NCBI GenBank assembly: GCA_046546095.1
Contig: JBKGYK010000003.1
Span: 4,220-68,219, forward strand
DNA length: 64,000 nt
Reading direction: 5' to 3'
DNA from: Bacteroidales bacterium
GTDB taxonomy: Bacteria; Bacteroidota; Bacteroidia; Bacteroidales; ML635J-15
The notes under the pieces are model-generated. The model worked only from the letters and a program-made list of their open reading frames with translations. It made no database searches and was not told the DNA's origin. Positions 9,550 through 18,820 of this stretch are shown one piece after another (position 1 is the stretch's first letter; the number at the start of each line of letters is the position of its first letter). Position numbers and translations under genes: made by a program.

Positions 9550-12500
9550 TTAAAAATAAGCCCTGAGCTGCACTCCTCCGGTATGAATGGTTTTTTCTCC
9601 GGCAGGTTTTCTTCCCTGATAATTCAGATTCAACTGTAACCCATTGCTCAAACGCTTCTGAAAGCTCAGATTCCAGCGATAGTTGTCACCGGGCTGAAGC
9701 GACTCGAGCATTTGCCACGCCAGTGATGTTCCTGTTTCTCCGGAATACACCACCCATACATATTCTAAACGCACGCTCAGCATACCATTGATAAGAGCAT
9801 TGTTACGATATTCCACGCCAGGGCTCAGGCTTCGCGAGAAAACATCATTCAGGCTATTCTCCCGGTGAGAAAAATCAAAAAAACCACGCAGCCGCACATT
9901 AACATCCGGCTGCACCCTGATATCCAGCAAATTGCTCTCTTCGTTGATATGGTAATTTTTGTTGCTAAAAAACTGAGAATCATAAAACTGACTACCCAGG
10001 CCGGTTGTATTGCTTATGCTGACTTCTCTGCTGATATTCCATCGCCACTGCAGTTTCCAGTTTTCGGATTCTCTGCTTTCTTCTCCACTGACAAGTTGTG
10101 AGCGACTGTCCTGGCGTTGGTAAATGATATCAGCGGTAAATACAGAGCTGAGCCGGTTCCATGAAAGCACATTCCGCAAATTATTGTTGTAGAAAACAAG
10201 TGCGGTATCGGCAATCAGGTAACTGACCGGGAGATACCTCATTCCTGTCCGGGAGGCGGTATTTTTTCCTGCCAGATTCATATTAAACCTGTTGGATAGC
10301 TTTGTCAAAACAGAAGAAAGTCCTGTATTACTGTCAATCACACGTTCCGGGCGCAGATTCAGGCTAAAGTTCAGGCTGTTATTAAAGGATTTGATGTAAT
10401 CATTGCCGGGCATGTATATTCTTATGTAGTCAGCCTGGTCCTGGTAAACGGCCTCTTCAAATTCGTCAAGTTCCTCCACACCATTTCCGTTGTAATCTGT
10501 CCAGGTATAAATTCCTTGTCCTTCCGGAACTTTCAGATAGGAATACTCTTTTTTAAGCTCCAGGCCGGAACCTGACTGATAGTACAGGTTTCCCGTGAGA
10601 AAGCCGTTAAATGACTCATGGCGGTACCGCAACTGTCCTGCAAAATTATCCTGTGCCCGGGTATCTTCAAGCTCAGTTTGCCGCAACACATCCAACTTAC
10701 GATATTGCAATCCGGCATCCAGTTTGTTTGCTTTGGTTTTCAGCAGCCTGTAATCCATACCCAGTTTATATGCTTCGCTGCTTCCTGAAAGCCGGTTTTG
10801 TCCGGGCAATTCATCTTTACGGTAGAGATAAGATAGTTTCCATTCATTGTCCGATTGCCGACCCTGCTTTACCCAGGATTCCAACTCGTAAAACCGGAAA
10901 CTGTTCCCTGTCAATTCCCCGGTATCCGGGATTTTCCCTTCCTGCCACTCCTGCTTAAAACGACCAAACACCTGCCATTTGGAAAATAATTTTCCCAGAG
11001 TGATGTTATTTTTCAGAAAAAAACCATCATAACCTGTTTGGCGGGTATTGAGCAAATCTCCTGAAAGCAGAATATCCCATTTTCGGTTTCGCAGCGAAGC
11101 ATTCAGCACTTGCCTCCCGCCACTGTATTCTCCGGGCCGGTACATCACGGAAGACTGAAAATCTGCCGTCAGGAAAGCAAAGGCATCATATTGCAATCTC
11201 AATTGTCCTGCATGCTCATTGACGCCTGCCAGTTCGTTTTCCACAATCCAGTTTCGGGTAAATTCTGCCTCTCTGAATCGCTCCAGACTGCTAAAGTTTC
11301 TTTGAATAAAATCATAAGCCAGTGAAAAACGCAGATTTTGCAATGAATCCTTAATCAATTGCTGATTTATGCCTCCCCGCAGTGCCAGACCCTTGTCATC
11401 ACCGGCATCCTGGTTTGAATAGGTATTCACATCTTTTTCAGAAAAACTCATCACATAAAACAATTCCGTGCTGTTGGTGAGCTGATAATCCCCTCCCATA
11501 CTCAGCATTTGTTGCTTTTTTGGAGTAATCAGGCGGCTCACCGGAGCGTAATTTCCGGATGGTGTGCCGTCCACCGGCGCAACCCACCTAAAAACACGGC
11601 CATTGGCAGCACCATTGACTTTGATGTAATTTCCCTGATTTTCACCGACATTTGAAAAATTTATCTGATAAAATGCAGAGTCCGGATTGGTGGAATGTAC
11701 AAAAATGGAATCATACACCTCCCCGTTAACCACAGTATCGGTAAGCCGGTATCGCACCTGTGCAGACTCAAAACCCACAGAATCCCATGCAGGATAAAGA
11801 GCATCAGAGAGTTCATCTCCGATATTGCTGAGAAATTGTCTTTGGTCTATGTCCAGGCGCTGGTCAACAGGTTGGTTTTTCCCATCTGATTCGTGAAAAT
11901 ATCTGACAAAAAATCGTGATTTTTTCGTTTCAACCTCGTGATTGGTTGATAGCATCAGGCGGTTGTAACTGCTGGCCCGGTATTCAAATTCTGCAATGAT
12001 GCGGCTGTCTTTGGTGATTAACCTGTTGGCTGTAAAGCTGAGTTCGCCTGTATTGTAATCAATGATATAATCTTTGGTTTGTCCGCGTGTAAGCAATTCG
12101 CCGTCAAGGTAGATTCTTTCGCTTCCCGATACAATGACAATATAACTTTCATTGTTGTTTCCCTGTAGCTTATATGGTCCCTGGTTGCCCTCTTCTCCCT
12201 GGATTTCCATCCGTTGATAATTGCCCCGGCTCACAGAAGCACCAAAATCTGATAATATTTTTGTTCTTTCTGCATCAAACCTGCCGGAGAGGCTTGCTCC
12301 CCGGGCTTTCTTGGCATATTGCATAAAATAATCATCCTGCTGCTTCAGGACAATGTCCCCTGCGCTCATCCTGAAAGCATCATTATAAACTTCTATGAAC
12401 ACCTTGTCAAATTCCTGCAATTTCTGGCTTGTCCCGTCCGGCTGTATGGGAATATTCCGGTCTGTAAGTGCTGCTCTAACTTTCAGATCAGAAGTCAGAT

Positions 12501-13014
12501 CACCTTCAATCTGCAGGTTGAGATTTGAGTTTAATACAGCATTCTGCCTGTTGCCCATGCTGACCCCTCTGGCAATACTACCTGTGGTTTTCAGCCGGCT
12601 TTCATCTGTACTACTTCGCCGGATATCACCCGGACTGTATGCTATTTCAGGCTCTGATGAAGATCGTGATGTACTGTCAGAAGAAGAGGCAAACAACCAG
12701 GGCTGCTCTGTGGTACTGCCGGAAAAATCATACGGAAAAATCCGGTACGTACAATGCAGGCTTTCTCCACAGATACTATCATCAAGATAAACCAGACCTT
12801 CCCTGTGGTTTATCGTGTAGAGATTTTCCGCCAGTTTGCTGTTCTCTGCATTGTACAGGATAAAGCTACCCGGCACAAGTGGTGCAGCTTTCAGTTTATG
12901 CTTCCCGCCAGAGCAGCTGACAGTCTCAGAACGATGCAGTACAAGTTTCTGTGCCTGAATGTTCACGCTGGTAAGCATGAGAAAAACATATATGAGGATG
13001 CGCAGGTAATGCAT
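9550..13014 (-). CDS. Very large predicted outer-membrane beta-barrel protein of unknown function
   Basis: Start trimmed to the ATG at 13014 (MHYLRILIYVFLMLTSVNIQAQ signal peptide), giving 1154 aa. It has a Ser-rich linker, then long Y/N/S/R-rich beta-type sequence ending GGVQLRAYF. I recognised no plug/TonB box, POTRA or OstA motif. Confidence 0.6.
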   Translation of the reverse strand: MHYLRILIYVFLMLTSVNIQAQKLVLHRSETVSCSGGKHKLKAAPLVPGSFILYNAENSKLAENLYTINHREGLVYLDDSICGESLHCTYRIFPYDFSGSTTEQPWLFASSSDSTSRSSSEPEIAYSPGDIRRSSTDESRLKTTGSIARGVSMGNRQNAVLNSNLNLQIEGDLTSDLKVRAALTDRNIPIQPDGTSQKLQEFDKVFIEVYNDAFRMSAGDIVLKQQDDYFMQYAKKARGASLSGRFDAERTKILSDFGASVSRGNYQRMEIQGEEGNQGPYKLQGNNNESYIVIVSGSERIYLDGELLTRGQTKDYIIDYNTGELSFTANRLITKDSRIIAEFEYRASSYNRLMLSTNHEVETKKSRFFVRYFHESDGKNQPVDQRLDIDQRQFLSNIGDELSDALYPAWDSVGFESAQVRYRLTDTVVNGEVYDSIFVHSTNPDSAFYQINFSNVGENQGNYIKVNGAANGRVFRWVAPVDGTPSGNYAPVSRLITPKKQQMLSMGGDYQLTNSTELFYVMSFSEKDVNTYSNQDAGDDKGLALRGGINQQLIKDSLQNLRFSLAYDFIQRNFSSLERFREAEFTRNWIVENELAGVNEHAGQLRLQYDAFAFLTADFQSSVMYRPGEYSGGRQVLNASLRNRKWDILLSGDLLNTRQTGYDGFFLKNNITLGKLFSKWQVFGRFKQEWQEGKIPDTGELTGNSFRFYELESWVKQGRQSDNEWKLSYLYRKDELPGQNRLSGSSEAYKLGMDYRLLKTKANKLDAGLQYRKLDVLRQTELEDTRAQDNFAGQLRYRHESFNGFLTGNLYYQSGSGLELKKEYSYLKVPEGQGIYTWTDYNGNGVEELDEFEEAVYQDQADYIRIYMPGNDYIKSFNNSLNFSLNLRPERVIDSNTGLSSVLTKLSNRFNMNLAGKNTASRTGMRYLPVSYLIADTALVFYNNNLRNVLSWNRLSSVFTADIIYQRQDSRSQLVSGEESRESENWKLQWRWNISREVSISNTTGLGSQFYDSQFFSNKNYHINEESNLLDIRVQPDVNVRLRGFFDFSHRENSLNDVFSRSLSPGVEYRNNALINGMLSVRLEYVWVVYSGETGTSLAWQMLESLQPGDNYRWNLSFQKRLSNGLQLNLNYQGRKPAGEKTIHTGGVQLRAYF

Positions 13015-13106
13015 TATTTTTACGAATTTACTCCTTTTTTCCAGTTTTCCTGATGCAATCCACTCAATATTTGATAAAGAACTTCGTTTGTTTTTAACAA
13101 TAATAC

Positions 13107-13114
13107 TACTTTTG
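13107..13114 (+). promoter_or_regulatory. Candidate -7 box (TACTTTTG) for the small OMP / waaA unit
   Basis: TAnnTTTG match 18 nt upstream of the ATG at 13133. The TTTG at 13087..13090 has only a 16-nt spacer. Confidence 0.35.
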
Positions 13115-13132
13115 CACAAAGCTTTAACAATT

Positions 13133-13879
13133 ATGCGGCTTAAAATTTCTTTACTGTTTTTATTAATAATACCGGCAATGGCCAGTGCTCAATTAAATGA
13201 CACGTCCATCAACATGTTTAAGGTAAATCTCAATTACTCCTTTCATGTGCCGGGGGGCGACATTGCTGAACGATTTGGTGTGAGCTCAACCATAGGTGCT
13301 TCTCTTGAATACAAACACAAAAGCAACTGGACCATAGGGCTTGAATATGCCTATCTTTTCGGAGGAATGGTAAAAGACAGTACCATACTTGATCACCTAA
13401 AGGATGAAAACGGCGGAGTCATCAATGAATATGGGGAATATGGTACGATTTTGCTCACCCAACGCGGTTTTTATGCCGGCGGACACATTGGCAAACTCTT
13501 TCCTGTCTGGGGGCCAAACCCCAATTCCGGCATCAAAATACAACTGGGAGCCGGTTTGCTTGAACATCATATTCACATTGAAAATAAGGACAACAACATA
13601 CCGGGAGTCCTTGGTGATTATAACAAAGGTTATGATCATCGCACAAACGGATTGAGTTTAAAACAGTTTATCGGCTACGAATACCTGGATCCCAATGGCT
13701 ATTTTAATTTTTATGCCGGACTTGAATTTCATCAGGCCTGGACCTACAACCGCAGGGATCTGAATTACAATACAGGAGAACGAGACACGGAGCTTAAACG
13801 TGATTTCCTTTCCGGCTTCCGCGTTGGATGGATATTACCACTATATCAAAAAGAACCTGATTCATTCTACTATCATTGA
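13133..13879 (+). CDS. Small predicted outer-membrane beta-barrel protein of unknown function
   Basis: Start trimmed to the ATG at 13133 (MRLKISLLFLLIIPAMASAQ signal peptide), 248 aa, alternating-residue beta pattern. Its stop lies 4 nt before the waaA ATG. Confidence 0.55.
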   Translation: MRLKISLLFLLIIPAMASAQLNDTSINMFKVNLNYSFHVPGGDIAERFGVSSTIGASLEYKHKSNWTIGLEYAYLFGGMVKDSTILDHLKDENGGVINEYGEYGTILLTQRGFYAGGHIGKLFPVWGPNPNSGIKIQLGAGLLEHHIHIENKDNNIPGVLGDYNKGYDHRTNGLSLKQFIGYEYLDPNGYFNFYAGLEFHQAWTYNRRDLNYNTGERDTELKRDFLSGFRVGWILPLYQKEPDSFYYH

Positions 13880-13883
13880 TTTC

Positions 13884-15137
13884 ATGGGCCGGATTCTATA
13901 CAGCACAGCAATATATATATACGGTGCATTGATAAGAATTGCCGCATTGTTTCACCCCAAAGCCAAAGCTTTCATTCGGGGAAGAAAAAACTGGACATCT
14001 GAATTAAAGCAGCTTACAAGCAATGATAATGATTGGATATGGATACATTGTTCTTCACTTGGTGAGTTTGAGCAGGGACGACCTGTCATAGAAAAAATCA
14101 AAAAAGAACATCCCGGGCAGGCTGTACTTCTGAGTTTTTTCTCTCCCTCCGGCTATGAAGTAAAAAAAGATTACGAACATGCTGATGCAGTGGTTTATAT
14201 GCCATTGGACACTCCACGGAACGCCAGGAAATTTGTCAATATCGTAAAACCCCGTGCAACTTTGTTTATCAAATATGAATTCTGGTATCATCATCTGCGT
14301 CATCTTCATAAGGCAGGAATTCCCATCTATCTGATATCAGCAAGTTTCCGAAAATCTCAAATGTTTTTTCGCTGGTATGGTGGATTTTTCAGGCGGATGC
14401 TGAGATTTTACGATACAATATTTGTACAGGACAATCGCTCTGCCAAATTGTTGTCCGGCATAAATACCGATACAAAGATTTCCGGTGACACACGTTTTGA
14501 CCGCGTTTGGGAAATCACTCATGAAACCTGTCCCGGGAATGATGTCAGTTATTTTGCTGAACAGGCAGGTACGGTTTTGGTAGCAGGCAGCACCTGGCTT
14601 CCGGATGAGGAAATCATTGAAACCACCCTGGAACATTTTCCGGATATGAAATTGATACTCGCTCCTCATGAGACAGATCAAACACGCATAGTAAAAATAC
14701 AGGAAATTTTCCGGAACCATCAGCTATGCTGTCTTTCAGCTTCTGATCCTGAAAATCTGAAAAACTGCAGGGTATTGATTGTTGACAGCATCGGTCATCT
14801 GGCAAAAATTTATCGCTATGCTGACTTTGCTTACATAGGAGGCGGGTTTGGTAAGGGTATACACAACACACTTGAAGCGGCATGCTATGGATTGCCGGTA
14901 ATTTTCGGCCCCAATCACCAACGATTCAATGAAGCCTGCGAATTAATCAGGAATAACGCAGCATTCAGCATCAATAGCGCAGAAGACCTCCACGCAACTC
15001 TTGAAAAATTGTATGCAAAGAAAAAAAGAAAAACTGTCGGGGAAAATGCACGCAATTATGTTAAAAATAACCTTGGTGCCAGTGAAAAAATTCTGCGTGC
15101 TTTGGAAAAATCTGACGTTTTTTCGAGACAGTCCTGA
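13884..15137 (+). CDS. waaA: 3-deoxy-D-manno-octulosonic acid (Kdo) transferase
   Basis: IWIHCSSLGEFEQGRP motif near the N-terminus and a GT-B C-terminal half (GGGFGKGIHNTLEAACYGLPVIFGP). Start trimmed to the ATG at 13884. Confidence 0.88.
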   Translation: MGRILYSTAIYIYGALIRIAALFHPKAKAFIRGRKNWTSELKQLTSNDNDWIWIHCSSLGEFEQGRPVIEKIKKEHPGQAVLLSFFSPSGYEVKKDYEHADAVVYMPLDTPRNARKFVNIVKPRATLFIKYEFWYHHLRHLHKAGIPIYLISASFRKSQMFFRWYGGFFRRMLRFYDTIFVQDNRSAKLLSGINTDTKISGDTRFDRVWEITHETCPGNDVSYFAEQAGTVLVAGSTWLPDEEIIETTLEHFPDMKLILAPHETDQTRIVKIQEIFRNHQLCCLSASDPENLKNCRVLIVDSIGHLAKIYRYADFAYIGGGFGKGIHNTLEAACYGLPVIFGPNHQRFNEACELIRNNAAFSINSAEDLHATLEKLYAKKKRKTVGENARNYVKNNLGASEKILRALEKSDVFSRQS

Positions 15138-15514
15138 ACGTTACAATGCATAGTTTTTCATCCAGTGTGGAAAATTAAAATATTGGAAAAATCACAAAAA
15201 ACACTGAATAATAAGCATTTGCCATAACAAACCACTTAGCGGTCAAATTTTTAACATCCTATTGTTTATAAGTTCCATGAAATGATGTTGTATGTGCTGT
15301 AATCAAACCGGATAGAAAGATTTTAAGCATGTTTAAAAAAATATTTGTATCTGTATATTTTCTTGTTTTACAGTCACTTTCAAGCACTTTAAAAAGATGT
15401 TGAAAATCTTGTTGATAACCAAAATGGGGAAAAAGAATAATCTCTTTATGGATACTTTATATTAGTGGTGGAAATTTTGCCCCGCAAATATCCGCGAACC
15501 AAAACCCATTGCTT

Positions 15515-18094
15515 ATGTTAACAGAAGAGAAAATATTGAAAAAAGCTGCTATGCAGGAAGATAAAGAGAAGTCATACACTGACGAAGAGGCTTATAGCGC
15601 TAGTCTTGAATACTTTAAGGGTGATGATCTGGCCGCACGTGTGTGGATCAATAAATATGCCTTAAAAGATTCTGATGGAAAGTTGTATGAGCTGACCCCG
15701 GATGATATGCACCGGAGATTGGCCAGGGAACTGTCCAGGATTGAGCAGAAATATGCCAACCCCATGGACGAAGAGCATATTTATCAGTTGCTAAAAGATT
15801 TCAGATACGTCATCCCCCAGGGTGGCCCGATGTCAGGCATTGGCAATAACCGTCAGATTGTTTCTCTATCAAATTGCTTTGTCATAGGTCATGAGAAACC
15901 AAGTGACTCATACGGAGGGATATTAAAGATGGACCAGGAGCAGGTTCAACTAATGAAACGCCGTGGTGGTGTGGGACATGATTTATCACATTTGCGCCCC
16001 AAAGGCAGCCCGGTAAAAAATTCCGCACTGACTTCCACGGGAATTGTTCCTTTCATGGAGCGATATTCCAACACAACCCGTGAGGTTGCACAGGATGGCC
16101 GGCGCGGAGCACTTATGCTGTCGGTTTCCGTGAAGCATCCGGATGCTGAAGACTTCATTGATGCCAAAATGCAAACGGGCAAAGTTACCGGCGCCAATGT
16201 TTCAGTTAAAATTCATGATGATTTCATGCATGCTGTAAATGAAGACGCAGAATACATGCAGCATTTCCCCATAGACTCCAAACAACCGAATTATCAGAAA
16301 AAAATCAGAGCCAAAGACCTTTGGAACAAGATTATCCACAACGCATGGAAATCTGCAGAACCCGGAATTTTATTCTGGGACACCATCACCAATGAGTCGG
16401 TTGCAGATTGTTATGCTGATCTTGGCTTTAAAACGGTTTCTACCAATCCCTGTGGTGAGATTCCCCTTTGTCCGTATGACAGCTGCCGCTTACTGGCCAT
16501 CAATTTGTATTCCTATGTTGACAAGCCTTTTACCAAAGATGCTGTATTCAATTTCGACAAATTCAGAGATCACGTGGCCGCAGCCCAACGCATCATGGAT
16601 GATATTATCGACCTCGAGGTTGAAAAAATTGATGCCATACTTGCCAAAATTGCCTCAGACCCTGAAGATGGAGAAACCAAGAGAACAGAACAAAAGCTGT
16701 GGGAAAAGATTAAACAAAAAGCCCTGCAGGGTCGTCGTACAGGCCTTGGCATCACTGCCGAAGGCGATATGCTGGCTGCACTGAACCTAAGATACGGAAC
16801 TGATGAAGCCACCGACTTTTCGGAAGAAGTACACAAGACCATCGCAATTGAAGCATACAGGTCTTCTGTAACTATGGCAAAAGACCGCGGTGCATTTCAG
16901 GTGTTTGATCCCCAACGGGAAAAAGACAATCCCTTCATCAACCGATTGCGAGAACAGGATCCTGAGCTCGTTGAGAATATGGAACAGTGGGGTCGACGCA
17001 ACATTTCCCTGCTTACCATTGCCCCGACAGGCACAACCAGCCTCATGACACAAACAAGTTCAGGCATAGAACCGGTTTTTATGCCTGTTTACAGACGTCG
17101 CAGAAAAGTAAATCCCAATGATCCCAATGTTCGTGTCGATTTTGTTGATGAAATGGGTGACAAGTGGGAAGAGTATGTCGTGTTCCATCCCAAATTTGCT
17201 ACCTGGCTGAAAGTAAATGGCCATGACCCCGACGCTGTCAGGAAAATGGAAGACAAGGACATTGATAAACTGATTGAAAAATCACCTTATCACAAAGCAA
17301 GCTCAAAAGATGTTGATTATGTACACAAGGTAAGAATGCAGGGCAAAATCCAAAAGTGGGTTGACCACTCCATCTCGGTTACCATCAACCTGCCGGAAAA
17401 AGCCACTGAAGAGCTTGTGGACGAACTATACCGTGAAGCATGGGAAGTAGGATGTAAAGGAGTAACCGTTTATCGCGAAGGTTCCAGGGATGGTGTCTTG
17501 CTGGCGGGCTCCAAGTCTGACAAAAAAGAAGAACGCAAAATCGGCATCAAGCGGCCAAAAGTACTGGAGGCTGATGTTGTTCGTTTCCATAACAACAAAG
17601 AAAAATGGATTGCCTTTGTAGGACTGCTGGATGGCAAACCTTATGAAATATTTACAGGGCGTGTGGAAGATGATGTTCTGCCTGTTCCCCAATCTGTCAA
17701 CAAAGGTCAGATCATTAAAAATAAATCCGACGACGGCACAAGCCGTTATGATTTCCAATACAAAAACCGATATGGTTACAGTACCACATTTGAAGGCCTG
17801 TCACATCAGTTTAATACAGAATACTGGAATTACGCAAAACTGATTTCCAGTGTACTCAGATACGGTATGCCGATTGAGAAGGCGGTAGAACTGGTGGCAT
17901 CATTAAAACTTGACAGCGAAGCCATCAACACATGGAAAAATGGCGTTGAACGAGCGTTGAAACGTTACATCCCCAATGGCACAAAAGCAGCCAAAGAAGG
18001 AGCAAAATGTCCTGAATGCAGGGAAAGTGACAGCCTGGTTTACCAGGACGGCTGTGTTATATGCACTTCCTGCGGATACTCTAAATGCGGTTAG
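15515..18094 (+). CDS. nrdJ: Class II (adenosylcobalamin-dependent) ribonucleotide reductase
   Basis: NPCGEIPL active-site loop, TIAPTGTTS, C-terminal CPEC...CTSCGYSKCG cysteine tail. First ATG at 15515 (the listed start at 15509 is TTG). Confidence 0.9.
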   Translation: MLTEEKILKKAAMQEDKEKSYTDEEAYSASLEYFKGDDLAARVWINKYALKDSDGKLYELTPDDMHRRLARELSRIEQKYANPMDEEHIYQLLKDFRYVIPQGGPMSGIGNNRQIVSLSNCFVIGHEKPSDSYGGILKMDQEQVQLMKRRGGVGHDLSHLRPKGSPVKNSALTSTGIVPFMERYSNTTREVAQDGRRGALMLSVSVKHPDAEDFIDAKMQTGKVTGANVSVKIHDDFMHAVNEDAEYMQHFPIDSKQPNYQKKIRAKDLWNKIIHNAWKSAEPGILFWDTITNESVADCYADLGFKTVSTNPCGEIPLCPYDSCRLLAINLYSYVDKPFTKDAVFNFDKFRDHVAAAQRIMDDIIDLEVEKIDAILAKIASDPEDGETKRTEQKLWEKIKQKALQGRRTGLGITAEGDMLAALNLRYGTDEATDFSEEVHKTIAIEAYRSSVTMAKDRGAFQVFDPQREKDNPFINRLREQDPELVENMEQWGRRNISLLTIAPTGTTSLMTQTSSGIEPVFMPVYRRRRKVNPNDPNVRVDFVDEMGDKWEEYVVFHPKFATWLKVNGHDPDAVRKMEDKDIDKLIEKSPYHKASSKDVDYVHKVRMQGKIQKWVDHSISVTINLPEKATEELVDELYREAWEVGCKGVTVYREGSRDGVLLAGSKSDKKEERKIGIKRPKVLEADVVRFHNNKEKWIAFVGLLDGKPYEIFTGRVEDDVLPVPQSVNKGQIIKNKSDDGTSRYDFQYKNRYGYSTTFEGLSHQFNTEYWNYAKLISSVLRYGMPIEKAVELVASLKLDSEAINTWKNGVERALKRYIPNGTKAAKEGAKCPECRESDSLVYQDGCVICTSCGYSKCG

Positions 18095-18127
18095 TAAGCT
18101 GAATAAACATATTTTTGACATTGAAAG

Positions 18128-18161
18128 AAGGACAGGTAAGTAAGTATCTGTCCTTTTTTTT
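18128..18161 (+). terminator. Rho-independent terminator after nrdJ
   Basis: AAGGACAG (18128..18135) pairs with CTGTCCTT (18148..18155) around a 12-nt loop, and the T run continues to 18161. It lies 34 nt after the stop codon. Confidence 0.7.
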
Positions 18162-18192
18162 AAATCCTGCTGGTATGTCAGAATAGAATTGC

Positions 18193-18200
18193 TATTTTTG
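18193..18200 (+). promoter_or_regulatory. Candidate -7 box (TATTTTTG) upstream of ruvA
   Basis: TAnnTTTG match 24 nt upstream of the ATG at 18225, just downstream of the nrdJ terminator. Confidence 0.35.
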
Positions 18201-18224
18201 CTTTTTCTATCAGCATTTTACACT

Positions 18225-18809
18225 ATGTATGAATATATCAAAGGACGTATCAGTGAGTTGAATCCCAGTTACGCGGTGATTGAAAACAACGGCATCGGCT
18301 GGTTTCTGCATATATCGGTCAACACCTATTCCAGGCTCAAGGAAGGTCAGGAATGTATGTTGTTCCTGCATCATGTTGTCAGAGAGGATGCAGAAATATT
18401 GTTTGGTTTTGACACAAAAAATGAACGTGAGATTTTCAGGCTGTTGATAAGTGTCAATGGGGTTGGCCCCAACACAGCACGCACAATGATATCAACACTT
18501 TCACCTGATGATATGATACAGGCCATTCAGACAGACAATGTCAGTCAGCTAAAAAGCGTTAAGGGCATCGGCCTCAAAACGGCACAGCGCATCATTGTTG
18601 ATTTGAGAGACAAGATCGCTGAAAAAACAGCAGGCATTGAAGACAAATCTGTAGCAAGAGACAATACAATTGAAAAAGAAGCGTTTGAAGCATTAGTTAT
18701 GTTGGGTTTTAACAAAAAGCAAGTTGAGAAAGCTTTGAAAAAAGTCATCTCCGCAGAACCCGATATTACAGTGGAAAAACTGGTGAAAATGACATTGAAG
18801 CAACTATAA
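18225..18809 (+). CDS. ruvA: Holliday junction DNA helicase subunit RuvA
   Basis: MYEYIKGRI N-terminus, HhH motifs (VNGVGPNTARTMI, VKGIGLKTAQRI), about 194 aa. Start trimmed to the ATG at 18225. Confidence 0.93.
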   Translation: MYEYIKGRISELNPSYAVIENNGIGWFLHISVNTYSRLKEGQECMLFLHHVVREDAEILFGFDTKNEREIFRLLISVNGVGPNTARTMISTLSPDDMIQAIQTDNVSQLKSVKGIGLKTAQRIIVDLRDKIAEKTAGIEDKSVARDNTIEKEAFEALVMLGFNKKQVEKALKKVISAEPDITVEKLVKMTLKQL

Positions 18810-18820
18810 AGATTGCGGAC

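Noticed and set aside
11900-12700. Possible relationship between the N-terminal region of the giant OMP and the SprA N-terminal conserved region
   Set aside because: I could see only a vague shared pattern (G-S-x-x-x-G ... N-L-x-hydrophobic ... FD). That is not enough to claim homology without a profile comparison.
15138-15514. Cobalamin riboswitch or NrdR boxes upstream of nrdJ
   Set aside because: No B12-box-like GC-rich core is present. ATACTTTATATTAGTG (about 15452..15467) only loosely resembles the NrdR palindrome, and there is no correctly spaced second box.
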